Source of the DNA: Octopus sinensis
Lineage: Eukaryota
Direction: 5' to 3'
Length of the DNA stretch: 64,000 nucleotides
NCBI RefSeq assembly: GCF_006345805.1
Contig: NC_043000.1
Location: forward strand, 34,410,001-34,474,000
In this document: in pieces, positions 51,056 to 63,941 of the stretch
How the letters are laid out: every line of letters begins with the position of its first letter
How positions within the stretch are numbered: position 1 is the stretch's first letter
Position numbers and translations under genes: made by a program
The notes under the pieces: model-generated
Seen by the model: only the letters and a program-made list of their open reading frames with translations
What the model was told of the DNA's origin: nothing
The model's database searches: none

Positions 51056-51126
<71 letters not shown>

Positions 51127-51267
51127 ATGCGTATTTTCACATCTAGATGTAGCTCGATAGATATAAAGATAACGATAAGAAGATAAACGTGCGCATGTGC
51201 GTATGCGCTTGTTTGTCTTTATATCTACACGCTCACGCTTGTATAGATACACACGCACACACACTTA

Positions 51268-51298
<31 letters not shown>

Positions 51299-51307
51299 TA
51301 TATATAA

Positions 51308-51341
<34 letters not shown>

Positions 51342-51460
51342 TACATCTATATATGCATACATATATATATATATATAATATATATATATATAAATATGCG
51401 TGTATGTTGGTATGTATATATTTGTATGTATTTATATATATATATATATATGTGTGTGTG

Positions 51461-51492
<32 letters not shown>

Positions 51493-51761
51493 GTGCGCGT
51501 GTGTATACATTCACGCAGACATACATACATACACACACATACATACACACACATACACACACATATATATATATAGAGAGAGAGAGGGAGAGGGAGAGGA
51601 AGAGAGAGAGAGCGTTGCTATTTTATTTCTTATTCTTATTGAATTTTATTTCGTTTGTTTATCATGTCTGTAGCACGGTTAGATGGTCGGTGGCTGATTA
51701 TTTAACGTTGTTGTTGTTGTTGTTGTTGTTACTGTCGTCGTCGATGATGATGACGATGATA

Positions 51762-51800
<39 letters not shown>

Positions 51801-51927
51801 GTGGTGATTACATTGTTGTTGTGTCTCCGCGCCCTCACTCACTCCTCCTCCATCACCAAATCAATAGCAACTATTTCCTACGAGGAAATATGATTGTCCT
51901 TGGTTGCTGTTGTTGTTGCTATTATTA

Positions 51928-51979
<52 letters not shown>

Positions 51980-52235
51980 TGTGGTGGTGATGGTGGTGGT
52001 GGTGTCGCTTCAGTTGTTGTTGTTGCTGCTGCTGCTGTGCTGCTGTAATTCTCGATGTTGTTGCGATAAATAAACAAAACGCCACAAACAAACACAATAA
52101 ACCAGAGAGTCAATTGTGGAATCTAGGTCAAACAACTGTAGTCTAAGCTGAGTAAACAAAACTATTATGGCGGCCATCTTGGTTTCGAGTTGTTGTCTTT
52201 GGTGGAATTGGAAACACATACTTGTCTGCCGCTGC

Positions 52236-52287
<52 letters not shown>

Positions 52288-52552
52288 ATTGTTTAGGTGG
52301 TGTCTGTGGCGGTGGCGGTGATGCGGTGATGCGGTGTGGCGTTGCAGTGTTCCGGTGGTGTTATGGTGTTCTGTTGCTGTGTTGATGTGGTGGCGTTAAT
52401 GGATTGATATTGTTACAAACATTTGCTGTTCTATTCTGTTACGGACATGTGTTTATGATGATGATGATGATGGTTGTGGTGGAGGTGATTGTTGTCATTC
52501 TTATTTACTGTTGTTGCTGTTATTGTAGTGGTGGCAGTGGTAGCGGTGGTAG

Positions 52553-52697
52553 TTGAGGTCGACTTTGCCTTTCATCCTTTCGGGGTCGATTAAATAAGTA
52601 CCAGTTGCGCACTGGGGTCGATATAATCGACTTAATCCGTTCGTCTGTCCTTGTTTGTCCTATCTGTGTTTAGCCTCTTGTGGGTAGTAAAGAAATA
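52553..52697 (+). mobile_element. 5'-truncated Meta/MESC-like SINE with Tx1-like tail
   Basis: Core GAGGTCGACTTTGCCTTTCATCCTTTCGGGGTCGATTAAATAAGTACCAG; tail TTGTCCTATCTGTGTTTAGCCTCTTGTGGGTAGTAAAGAAATA. Confidence 0.8.
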
Positions 52698-53206
52698 GGT
52701 GGTAGCAGTGGTAGCGGTAGTGGTGATAGTAGTGGTGGTGGTGATTGTGGTGGTGGTGGTGGTAGCAGCGGCGGCGGCGGTGGTCGTCGTCGTCATCGTC
52801 GTGTCAATACTGCTGCTCCTCTGCAGCAAAGGGTTCGTGAATTTTTGTTTGTCATAGCAGAGAAAAAACGATATGCAAGACAAGAACCCTAGTTTCATGT
52901 TCTGTGCCCTGATCCCCAGATATAAAACCCTGATTCTTTTCTTTATCAAATCTCACAAAGGTGTATATTTCCTCTGTGTATTCTGAAGACTTAGAACACA
53001 TTTCGGTTGTTCTTTGGCCCGAATCATATGGATTACTGATGATCGTTGACTGTCGACATCAGGATATAAATTCCTCACCTGGAATTCTCAAGAATGATTT
53101 TAGAAAGTGTTCCCAATCAGTCTTTTCCCGCCCCTTCCCCTCCCTTGCAACAAATTCTCCATGACTCTATATGATCAGGCTAACGATCAGGAGGACAAAG
53201 TTTTTA

Positions 53207-53399
53207 ATACATTATTTACATTATTTACATTTGACGGATATTTGTCCTCATCTTGTTTGTTGTTAACACAGTGTTTCGGCTGATATACCCCCCAGCCTTC
53301 ATCAGGTATCTTGGGGAAATTTTGAACCTGGGTTCTCATTCCTAAGGTATTTTTCCGATGTTATTTTTATTATCATCGCCATCACAATCATTGTCATTG

Positions 53400-53446
<47 letters not shown>

Positions 53447-53457
53447 ACCACCACCAA

Positions 53458-53502
<45 letters not shown>

Positions 53503-53580
53503 TATCATTATTATTATTATTATCATTATTAATCAGGTCTCTGCCTGGAATCGAACTCGGAATCATGAGGTTAGTAGCCC
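53207..53580 (-). mobile_element. Hammerhead-bearing tRNA-SINE, partial head, expanded microsatellite
   Basis: Minus strand reads GGGCTACTAACC...GAGTTCGATTCCAGGC...CTGATGAAGGCTG/CAGCCGAAACACT (stem III mutated). Confidence 0.8.
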
Positions 53581-53581
53581 C

Positions 53582-53636
<55 letters not shown>

Positions 53637-53812
53637 TCGGGAAAATACCTTAGGAATGAGAACCCAGGTTCGAAATTTTCCCCAAGACACCTGATGAAGG
53701 CTTGGAGGGTATATCAGCCGAAACGTTGTGTTAACAACAAACAAGATGAGGACAAATATCCGTCAAATGTAAATAATGTAAATAATTCTTCGTCTCTAAA
53801 ATATAGAACTGT
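53581..53812 (+). mobile_element. Headless inverted partner copy with intact hammerhead (53686-53732)
   Basis: (AAT)n, then the same tail as 8630-8780: GACAC-CTGATGA-AGGCT...AGCC-GAAACGTT-GTGTT. Confidence 0.8.
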
Positions 53813-55433
53813 AAAATTGCTAATGTTCGGGCTGTGCTACAAGGTTCACAGAAAGCCATGTGACCCTTTAATGATGGAAGCTGTTCGGGTCTGACAATGC
53901 GTTTGTTCCGATTATGGAAAAAGTTGTAGCAAGTTCTAGCGATATAAAATCTTTTAAAGACAAGTTACCACCTTCTGTGAAACCATCAGAAGAAGGATCA
54001 ATTCCTTCCCGAGGGCCTTCTCAATTACAGTACCCCTCGACGTCGTAACTGCTCAGATAAATCAATGGTAGCCTATGTTACTGGACGAGAAATTTGTCAA
54101 GAATCGTCCATTCAAAATTCTGTCAAACGGAATTCTGTTTTGCATTGCAGAAACCTTCAGCAGAAGGACCAATTGTAAGCAGGCACGAAGTGCAAATGCC
54201 ACTGTATAATACGGTATTCTTCAGCCAGAAAGATGCCTTGGTAAACGATGTGGATGTGATGCTATGCGTGACATCCACGTTTGGAAAGTAGCGGCATGGT
54301 GCCAAAGGTGTCGAGTTTCTATGATATGAAATTCTGTAGAGTTTATCGTAGTTTTATTTTTTTTTTAATGTTTTGTTTCTAACAATTTAAATGCATATTA
54401 AAAAGGAAAAAAAACTCAGAGATTTCTTCGATTAATATTCATTTAAAAAAAAATCCTGAGGGAGCATCGCGCCAAATATGCGGCTTTTATCCGCGGTAAC
54501 GACCATTTCACCGAATCACCTGACTGAATGTGAGAAATCAATATTATTGGTTTGTCTCAAATAATGTTGTTACCACGACCACACAAAACAATAACCCATC
54601 ATTTTACACACACACACACACACACACATTTGTGTTTGAAAACACTAAACATATTTAAATATCTTCTTCAACTGGTCAACTTGTCTGTGAAGTTTTTCTC
54701 GTTTCTATTTTGGAGTCGGCGGGCGCGGTCAGGTGAACATCACCGCAAAAGAATTTCCGCCATTGCTAAGGTGACAACAGGAAATTGGCCGGCTTTTCCC
54801 CGGAAATTAACTTCATCTCTTTCTAACTGTTGACACAATTCAAAGTCTTAGATGCTAACAATCAAAGAATGACTTGAGTTGCGTAAAAACGGCTTCTCTT
54901 GTTTCTTCGTTTTCTCTCCATTTTGAAACGTAACCAGCAAATAGATTAAGTCACGTGTCAGTATGACATATCGTGTGTGTGTATGTATGTATGTGTGCGT
55001 GTGTGTATGTGTGTGTATCAAAAGAGGTGGTGGTGGTGCTGCTGGTGGTGGTGGTAGATAAGCGCCAAAGACAAGAAAATAGACAATCAAAGGAACAAAA
55101 GTACAATCGTTGATCCAGAAACAAGTCGGAAACTAGATAGAAACTGTTAAAATCATATTAACCATATCAAACCTAAGAACGGTTTGTGTGTGTGTGTGTG
55201 TGGTGTGTGTGTGTGTGTGTATGTGTGCGTGTGTGTGCGTGGTGTATGTGGTTGTGTTTTTATGTTTGTTTTATGTGTATGTGGTTGTTTGTGTATGTGC
55301 ATTTATATGCATATGTATTTATGTGTGCGCGCATGTGTATGTGGTTATTTTTGTGTTTGCGCACGTGGTTGTTTCTATGTATGTTTATGTGGGTATATAT
55401 ATTTGTGTGTGTGTTAAAATGAGTGTGTAGCTG

Positions 55434-55478
<45 letters not shown>

Positions 55479-56350
55479 GTGTGTATATCTTTGCGCGCGC
55501 GTGTGTTATTATTTATGTGTGTGTGTGTTTATGCGTATCCTTGTTTATGTGTTTACTTATGTGCATATGTATGTGTACTTGTGCTTGTGTGTGTGTGTAT
55601 TTGCATGTGTGAATGTTTATGTTTGTACGTGTTTATGTGCATGTATTTGTATGTCAGTGAGTGTTTATGTGCGTCCTTGTATGTGTGTTTACTAACGTGT
55701 ATGAATGTGTGCGTGTGTATTTTGGCGTCTATTCCTATGGTTGTGTATGTATGCGTATATATGTGTGTGTGAGCGTGCGGTTTTAATTAATATATGGAGG
55801 AACATCATGTTAAAGCTGAATATAAAACGCTACATTTAATGAATCAGACATGTCATGCATTAAACATGCATCAAAACGCTACATGTAATGGTGACCACAA
55901 TGTCTCAAGTACAGTTAAAAATATCACCTGACCACGTCTTAGTTGTAAGCAATCGTATACCACGTGATCTCACAAGTACTTGAAACATACGCGTTCATTG
56001 GTTGTTATGAAACCACGCGGGTGTTAGCCACCATTTCAACGAACCCGGAACAGAAAACAAACTGCAATAAAAGCAAAATGCCATAGGAAAAATCGCGGGA
56101 AATCTTTAAAAATCACCGAATCAATGGTTTTTATTTGTTTTTTAAAAGTTCTTCAATAAAACATGACTTATTTACATGTCACGTGTTTATATAAACGGAA
56201 TTGTCATTGAATAAAACTGACTGAAAATATTCTATTTATTCATTTATTACTATTTCATTTATTGTTTATTATTTATAGTATTTAAATGGATTAGAAAATT
56301 ACTATTTGTAAATCTCACAACGAGAGATATTAAGCAACAGTACTTTGGTG

Positions 56351-56636
56351 TTAAGATTTTTGCCAACATAACATGGCAGTCCTGGATTAGGACGAATGTG
56401 GCTGTAATTTAGTCCCAGGAGACATTGTCTCCAGCTGGCTATACGACACGATCTGTGTCCTTATATTTTCAAACAAGGGAATCTAGCACCCCCACTCAGC
56501 TCAAAACAATATCTGTGTATCGCGATTTCCGTGGCTAAATTACTAAATATCTTAGTATCGTGATATCTCCTGGGGCTAATTTACAGCAACATTCGTCCTA
56601 AACCAGGAATGCCATGTTATGTTGGCAAAAATTTAA
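56351..56636. mobile_element. MITE-like element with ~70-bp terminal inverted repeats, TTAA at both ends
   Basis: ATTTTTGCCAACATAACATGGCAGTCCTGG... pairs with ...CCAGGAATGCCATGTTATGTTGGCAAAAAT. Confidence 0.75.
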
Positions 56637-57055
56637 ATGGAGTTTAATGTATTTTCCTTTGGCTTTTTTCCTTCACCTATTTCCGATTACCGTCGCAGCA
56701 TCACGTGATTAGGAACTTAGGACGCTATGTGGTCACAGTTATGGGCCTTACAACAATATAGCTGCGGGAGAAATGACTGCATAGAAAACACAAACACGCT
56801 TGGATATCACACTCGTATGACAGTGAGCTTTAAAATGTTTAATTAACTGGAATTAAGTATGAAATTAATGAAGAAAATTTCTCTTTAGGCTAAAGTTATT
56901 GTTGTAAGATATCCTGAGAGGGTTTTGTGTTTACTAATTACATAGATAATCTCAGTTAATCAAAATTTTACCACTATCAAATATGAGAGGTTTTAATATT
57001 TTTGAATTTAAAGTATAGAAGCAGTGCCTCTACCTTCTACACACAAGCACACACA

Positions 57056-57128
<73 letters not shown>

Positions 57129-57209
57129 CACACACAGTGGGCCATCACTTAAGGTAAACAAAATAAGTGTGCATCTGTGTAGAGTTGTTACAGAGAAAGT
57201 ATGACAAAC

Positions 57210-57344
57210 CTGAGAATCTTGCAATCGACTAATGTCTGGATAAATGTAATATTTGATGCTATCAATAGCACCTGGCAGTGTCAGGCCACGTATCAGCAGA
57301 ATAAAGAGAAGGAAATACGGAAAGAGAGCAGTAAAATAGACAAC
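57210..57344 (-). CDS. Internal coding exon (135 bp, phase 0/0) of an SLC6 Na+/Cl--dependent neurotransmitter transporter, TM5 and following loop
   Basis: [45 protein letters not shown]; acceptor ctttctgttgcag|G, donor CAG|gtttgt. The exon borders match the usual SLC6 exon starting at VVYF. The paralogue cannot be assigned from one exon. Confidence 0.93.
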
Positions 57345-57541
57345 CTGCAACAGAAAGCAAAGAGAAAAATGTATTCATTTGAAAATGTGCATTAGTTGCC
57401 AGAGAAAATCAAAAAGACAAAGGCATATAGTGGGACAATCATACGAATGGATAAACTTGAAGATCTGTGGTGTAATGTTTACTTAAAAACTATCCACACA
57501 CACACACACGCTATTGTATTGTATTATATATTATATATTAT

Positions 57542-57920
57542 ACTAGCGGGACCCGTGAATATTTCACGGGATTAATAGTAAGCCTATTGGGTTATTTCTG
57601 AAAACTTTATCCCCAAAACATGAAAGCCTGTGTTGTGTCTGCATCAAAAGATAATCGCTCATCTGCTAATCATTGAAAAGTGAAGGAAATTGGGATACGA
57701 TGATTACTTAATGCACTTTATATATACACTTTATATACTTTATGCACAATTTTATAGATTTAATACACAATACTCTCCCTTTTTCTCTCTCATTCTTCGC
57801 CTTACCCTCTTTTTCTCTCTCCTTTTTCTTTCGTTCTTCGCCTTTCTCTTCAACTAGTCACGTGAATACGTTACATACGGGCTAAGTAACGGAGGAAAAA
57901 AGCTTATACATTTCACTCAC
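57542..57920 (-). mobile_element. Helitron 3' region
   Basis: Minus strand ends CCCGTGAAATATTCACGGG-TCCCG-CTAG|T; homologous to 16325-16684. Confidence 0.72.
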
Positions 57921-58009
57921 TTATAAGAGTGGAATATATTCATTGCTTTCAACAGTCTGTGTAAAAGACTAGATATACCCATTGATAAGGTCACAGATGT
58001 AGAAGCACA

Positions 58010-58240
58010 TGTCTTTGAGTGTTACTCATGATCATAAGATTGTGGTTTCGATTCCTGGACTGGGTGATGTGTTGTGTTCTTGAGTAAAATACTTTTCATT
58101 TTACGCTGTTTTTATTTACTCTGCAGGCGAAAATGAGTATTCCTGGGACAGACCGGTGTCTTATCCGAGGTACATGTATCGATGCCACATAATTCTGGAA
58201 ACCGGTTTTATGGGCCTAGGTCTCGCGAAGGGCCTTTGGT
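58010..58240 (+). mobile_element. tRNA-SINE (CORE/Deu-like body)
   Basis: B box GTTTCGATTCC, then GTTGTGTTCTTGAGTAAAATACTT...AAAATGAGTA. Confidence 0.55.
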
Positions 58241-58384
58241 CCCTTTTCATATCCATAGATATCTCCATCTATATACTCACATCTGCATCACCATTCTTTT
58301 TCTTCATTACAGCCCTCATTCATTGTTGATTTTCAACTACTCTTGCAGGAAATTATCCAGACTAAATCGAGAGCCTTCAATCCA

Positions 58385-59082
58385 CTACATTATTTACATT
58401 ATTTACATTTGACGGATATTTGTCCTCATCTTGTTTGCTGTTAACACAACGTATCGGCTGATGTACCCTCCAAGCCTTCATCAGGTGTCTTGGGGAAATT
58501 TCGAACCTGGATTCTCATTCCTAATGTATTTTTCGATGTTGTTACTATTATTATTGTTGTTGTTGGTGTTGTTGTTGTTGCCTTTGCACAGCTTCTAACG
58601 CTGAAGATGTACTACGGTGTCAGCTGTTCACTACCAGTGAACTAAGGTAACACCTCTTATTTTTCAAGCACCTTCCGGAGTATTCGAGTAGTTCCAAGTA
58701 GTGCTGTTTTCTGCAAGTGCTCCACCCTTATTGCAGCCCCTATTTGTACCACGTACTTCTCGAGATTTTTGCTCACTGTTCCCATGGCTCCGACAATATT
58801 GGTACTACTGCTACATTTTTCATCAACCACAACTGCTTAACTTCCCAAGCTAACCTGTCATATCTATCAACCTTTCTTTCTTCCTTATCGCATACCTTGT
58901 TGTCAGCTGGACATGCTATATATCTACGATCCAGCATAGTTTGTTTTCTTTCTCAAGACTATGTCCGGCTTCCTATTCTCTATCTTATTATTATTAATCA
59001 GGTCACTGCCTGAATAATATCTGTGAAAGGTAAATAATGTAAATAATGCACATAATACCTCATCTCTTAAAGATAGAACTGT
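58385..59082 (-). mobile_element. Hammerhead-bearing SINE split by a Dong insertion, with short inverted tail at 59025-59082
   Basis: Tail 58385-58545 (GAAA mutated to GATA), head remnant CAGGCAGTGACCTGA at ~58997-59011, then plus-strand GTAAATAATG...CTCTTAAAGATAGAACTGTA. Confidence 0.75.
58580..58985 (-). mobile_element. R4/Dong 3' end nested in the SINE microsatellite
   Basis: IENRKPDIVL..., DRLAWEVKQLW; DNA matches 29435-29715. Confidence 0.85.
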
Positions 59083-59177
59083 ATTCACTCCACTAGTCTT
59101 ACATAGGAAACTCAACGACCAGCTCCGTGTTTAGTGTCCAATACTCGCAACTGAGGTATATACAACACACACACACA

Positions 59178-59228
<51 letters not shown>

Positions 59229-59285
59229 AGTCCATGTAGTACATAGTTACTGCAGTTACCATAGCTACGCCATACATTGTTTATA

Positions 59286-59519
59286 CAGTTGTTCAAAAAG
59301 TCTCTCCACAGTGAATTTTTTCATCCTGTACATCACCACGGCGCGACTTGAAGAGTTTTTCGGCGAACGGATTATTTCGAAGGAACTTTGGCCACCAAGA
59401 TCACCTGATCTAATACCACCAGATTTTTTTTTTCTGGGGACCAAGTAAAGGATCAGTGTACAAGAATCGCCCGAAAACCATTAAATACTCACTGCGGAGA
59501 GATTTTTTTGAACACCCTA
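59286..59519 (+). mobile_element. Tc1/mariner internal-deletion derivative with TIRs and TA flanks
   Basis: TIRs TGTTCAAAAAGTCTCTCCACAGTGA / TCACTGCGGAGAGATTTTTTTGAACA; internal LWPPRSPDLIPPDFFFWG. Confidence 0.85.
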
Positions 59520-61766
59520 TATCATTCAGTGCGTATACTGTTGTGTTTGCATTGTACAGTGTTTACTCTATGCAATGGTTATCTTGTACAACGCTTATAT
59601 TATGCAGTGTATAGATTACTCATTGTTTATACGGTACAATTTCAGACATTACATCCTCCGATCTTCCGTTGATAGTGAGCAGTTATTATTTATCATAATT
59701 TTAGCTGCAACTGGTTGTTTTTATTCTAGTGACAATGTTTTTCTTCTTTAACGCTATCACCCTTCAGATCTGTTTACCTTTTCACTGGTCACGATGGAGA
59801 TATTTCCTCATAAATAACTTTGCTTAAATTAATCTTTTCATCACCTTTATACAAATCGTATTCACGCACACATCTTTTGTCAGTCCCCATCGAGATTAGA
59901 TTCAAGTTCGAGAGACTGCAATGAAGAGCAGAGGACGAGTGAAGCCAGCAAGGGAGGTGGTTTGACCTACACAAGAATAGGAGAGATCAGGAGACATTCA
60001 TCCCCAATTTTTCTACAAATCTGAAATCTTACATCTTCTGAAGCTTTTCCATGGACAAACAAAACATTTTTTTCCAAAATCAACGAAAACGGCTTAAAAA
60101 AAAATACAAAGCAAAAAATGGATCACCAACGTTTTGCACCCCTTACTCTCCTCCTTTATCTTCTCTGTCTTTCTCTGTCTCTCTCCATCTCTCTCCGGCT
60201 CTGTCTGTCTGTCTCTCTCCTTCCTTCTCCTCCCCCTCTCTAATCCTTACACGGCTACTTTAAAGATCCTTTTCACTTTTCTTCTTTTCACCTCTACTCT
60301 GGTAGCTCACCACATATATTTCTTCCTAATCGCTCCTCTCAATAATTATACTTTACTAAAATTCCGTCCCTGTCCATTTTCTCCAACGGAGAAATTAAAC
60401 CGGAAGAAACTCAAGAATATTTATTGCATTGGCCTCAACCATCTTCAAGTTTCTGCTGTTGTTTTGGTGCTTCTGGTTGTCTCTTTGCCTTTCTTCCACC
60501 TCGGACTATTCTAGGTTCATTATTGATAGAAAGGGAAACCAAGGTGTGATTATTAGGGTTATGAAGGGAGAACAAAGAAGTGTGTATATTGAGAGAGGGT
60601 GGGGGTAAATGAGAGAGAGAATAAGGTGAAAGCGAGAATATATTAGATGTAGTGAGGTAATAAGGTGAAACGATCGGAATGTTGGTTTATGAGATCGTTT
60701 GAACATTGGAATAGTGGAATGACAGCTAGCAGGAATATAGGAATAAATGAAAGAAGCGGGAAATAGAGATGCGATGGGGGCGGGGGAGTAGCAGAGAAGG
60801 AAGTGAGAGTAAAATGATAATAAGAAGAGTGGGAAGAAGTGAGTGGTAGGAAGAGAGAAGGAACGAGTAAGACAGAGGTGAAGAGAAAGATGTGAGGGTG
60901 ACCGAAAGAAGTGACTGAGAAAGAGAGAAAGAGAGAGAGGGAGGTGTATTTTTTACTTTGTCTTGTAATTACTCTCTTCTCCTTCCTCCGTCCTTCCATC
61001 CCTCCCCCCCTCTTGGGAAGGACGGAAGAGCGAGGAACTCTCAGAAGAGAGAAAATGTGCATGTGTGTGTGTGCGTGTGTATGCGTGGATGTGTGTGTAT
61101 ATGTGCATGTGTGTATTTGCATGTGTATATGTATATGTATGTGTGTGTGCGTGTGAGTGTATGTGTGTTATGTGTATATGTGTGTGTATGTGTGTATGTG
61201 TGTGTATGTGTGTATGTGTGTATGTGTGTATTTGTGTGTGTATGTGTGTATGTGTGTGTATATGTGTATGTGTGTGTATGTATGTGTGTATGTGCGTATG
61301 TCTGTGTATGTGTGTCTATGTGTGTATGTGTGTGTATGTATGTGTCTGCATGTGTGTATGTGTGTGTGTATGTGTGTGTGTATGTGAGTCAGTGAGTGAG
61401 AAAATAATGTAAGATGGGGGACACATATAAAATGGAAGAGATACGTGCGTATGTCTCTCTCTCTCTCTCTACACACACACACCACGTACAGACACTCACA
61501 CAAACATATATGGAGAGAGAGAGAGAGAGACGAAGGAGAGAGAAAGGGAGAAGAGAGGGAGAGAGAGAGAGAGAGAGACTTGAGAAGGGTGTGGTACCCA
61601 CACAATTATATTTGTTCTATAAAACATGTTTTCTAAATCGGTTAAAACAACTTTTTAACTTTGATTGTCAACAATTATTGTTTCTGTAAATAATAACAGA
61701 GACAGACAGACAGAGGCAAAGAGACGGAGAAACAGAGAGAATGTGTTTGTTTGTGTGTGTGTGTGT

Positions 61767-61810
<44 letters not shown>

Positions 61811-62464
61811 GTGCGCGTGTGTGCGTGTTGTGTGTACGTTTCTTTAATGCATCCGCTTCATTCGAAATTAGGAAGCAATTTGCACCACTCTCTACAAGCA
61901 TATGTACTAACACACGCGCGCGCGCGGATACATACACTCATTTGCATGTAACATTTACATAGTAGAAGACACAGCTGAACCATTCCAAAACACACCAAAC
62001 CAGTTACATCCAATCGTCGTTTAATTATTAATAGTTCTGTCTATCATGAAATATCAAAAAGTTTCGTCACACTTCTGCGTCTTGTAAACTGATTCAGTTC
62101 CACCACAGCTGTTGTAAACCTGTTAATGACAAGAATTTATGAACCTCTCTCATTTCCCCGGAATTTTTCTTTCCTTTTGTCTTATCTTGTTTGTTTCTTT
62201 TCTTAGTTACATTAAATTTCTAAAACGCCACTTTAATAAAAAGTTATTTCATATTTTGGGTAACTTTTGAGGGTCACTGTGAGACTACTCTAGGACAACT
62301 GTGGGTCTTCTGTTTTCAAATTTTAATCACGGACATCTCAAGTCAATTCCTTTTCTTGCTCTGCATTAAATATTTCTTCATTTGTTGCATTACCCTTATT
62401 TTAATTTTTATTTAATTTAAATATCACATAATAATAATATATTTTGATTTTCGGACCTTAAATA

Positions 62465-62670
62465 ATGAGCTGGCTTTGGTTGACGGACAAGAACTCGAAA
62501 CAAGAGACATAAATACGAATTATAGCCGCTCGGGAACAAGCCCTTAGAACAAATCTTATACAGGCAAAGATCGACAAAACTCAAACAGACACCGAATGTA
62601 GAATCTACAGGAAAAGTTATGAAAGTATCGATTACCTTTTCATAGATTTCGATACGTTCGCACTAAAAGA
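62465..62670 (+). mobile_element. R4/Dong fragment
   Basis: IIAAREQALRTNLIQAKIDKTQTDTECRI. Confidence 0.7.
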
Positions 62671-62673
62671 GTA

Positions 62674-63495
62674 CGAGTAAAAGACTAAAGGAGACCGGAA
62701 TTTTGCAGTATTATTTCATTCACTTAGTTTTACAAGTTTACACTTTTATCACCTTCAAAGTATTCTCCATTTGAAGCAAGGCATCGGTTTAAACGATGCG
62801 TTTTCCTCTACTCGAAGCAGTACTGGACCCCTTGCCAAGTGATGCCTTTTAACGCCTCTATCGGGGTTTTTTTCTTACCTCTTCCACATCTGCAAATTCC
62901 ATAGCACCAGTTTTCGTCACTAGTGATGACTTTCGAAAAAAGGTCCGAATCAGCTTCCAACTGTTCTTTCAGTTCCCGACATACATTCAGTCGTGACTGT
63001 TTTTGATCTTCCACGAGCAAGCGAGGCACAAATTTTGCTGCAACTCTTTTCATTTGCAATTCCTTGCTCAAAATTCGTTGACAAAAGCTCCAAGACACAC
63101 CACTCATATCAAAAAGTTTGTCAATTGTTCGGTAATGGTTCTCCTATTTTCATGATGTTTTCACTCGTTCGGGAAGTCGACGATCGTCCTGAATAAGATT
63201 GATTGTCAAGCGACAAGTGACCATTCCTCAAGCATGAAAACCACTCGTAAACTTGTGTTTTGCTCATGGCAGCGAGCTCGTAAGCTGTTTCAGGCATGAC
63301 AAGTGTTTTGGTTGCCATTTTCCGCAGCAGAAAACATTTCACGGAAGCATGCCGTTCCTTTGCTTCAGCTATTGCAAAAATCGATGAACAAGGAGGAAGC
63401 ACTGCAAAACAAAGACATACTACGTGGCTGAATCCTGAACTACAACGAGCTTGTCACGTACAGAACGTTTCCGGCTACTTTTGGGTATACCTTCG
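62674..63495 (-). mobile_element. Mariner transposon, internally deleted and degenerate
   Basis: MSKTQVYEWF...SGRSSTS, KRVAAKFVPRLL, VITSDENWCYG, C-terminal GEYFEGDK; degenerate TIRs (CGA...CCGGAA). Confidence 0.88.
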
Positions 63496-63866
63496 CATAA
63501 GCACAGACATGACTACCCGGGGCTAATGCAAGGGAGTCTACAATTAAGATATTTTTACAAGTTACTTCCCCTGATCTGTGTACTTATTTCGAAAATCCCA
63601 TTCAGTCTTGTGTAAACTCCTGTATTCTCATCCAAATTAGAGATGAGTACCAACACTTCCATGTGAAACGCTTGACAATTGTCAATATCTCATCACATGA
63701 AACCATTGGTTGTCTTTTTAACTCACAAATAAAGTGAGTGTGTGTGGGTGTGTGTGTGTGTGTGTGTGTAAGTGTGTGTATCACCGAGCTCCTCTGCGAA
63801 TTTGATATTATGTGGTGACCATAATACATACACATATGTACGCTCACACACTCACACACACATCTC

Positions 63867-63941
<75 letters not shown>

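Noticed and set aside
53815-54540. Candidate next SLC6 exon or transposase
   Set aside because: CYNFFHN only superficially recalls SYN..HN; there is no W-x-D-A/QIFFS motif and no fitting splice sites.
59789-59990. Possible RTE RT remnant (LYKGDEKINLSKVI)
   Set aside because: Too degenerate to support by eye.
60030-60080. Minus-strand FVCPWKS near GTAAG as the upstream SLC6 exon
   Set aside because: It lacks WKG..GK and the TM4 sequence, so it is a chance match.
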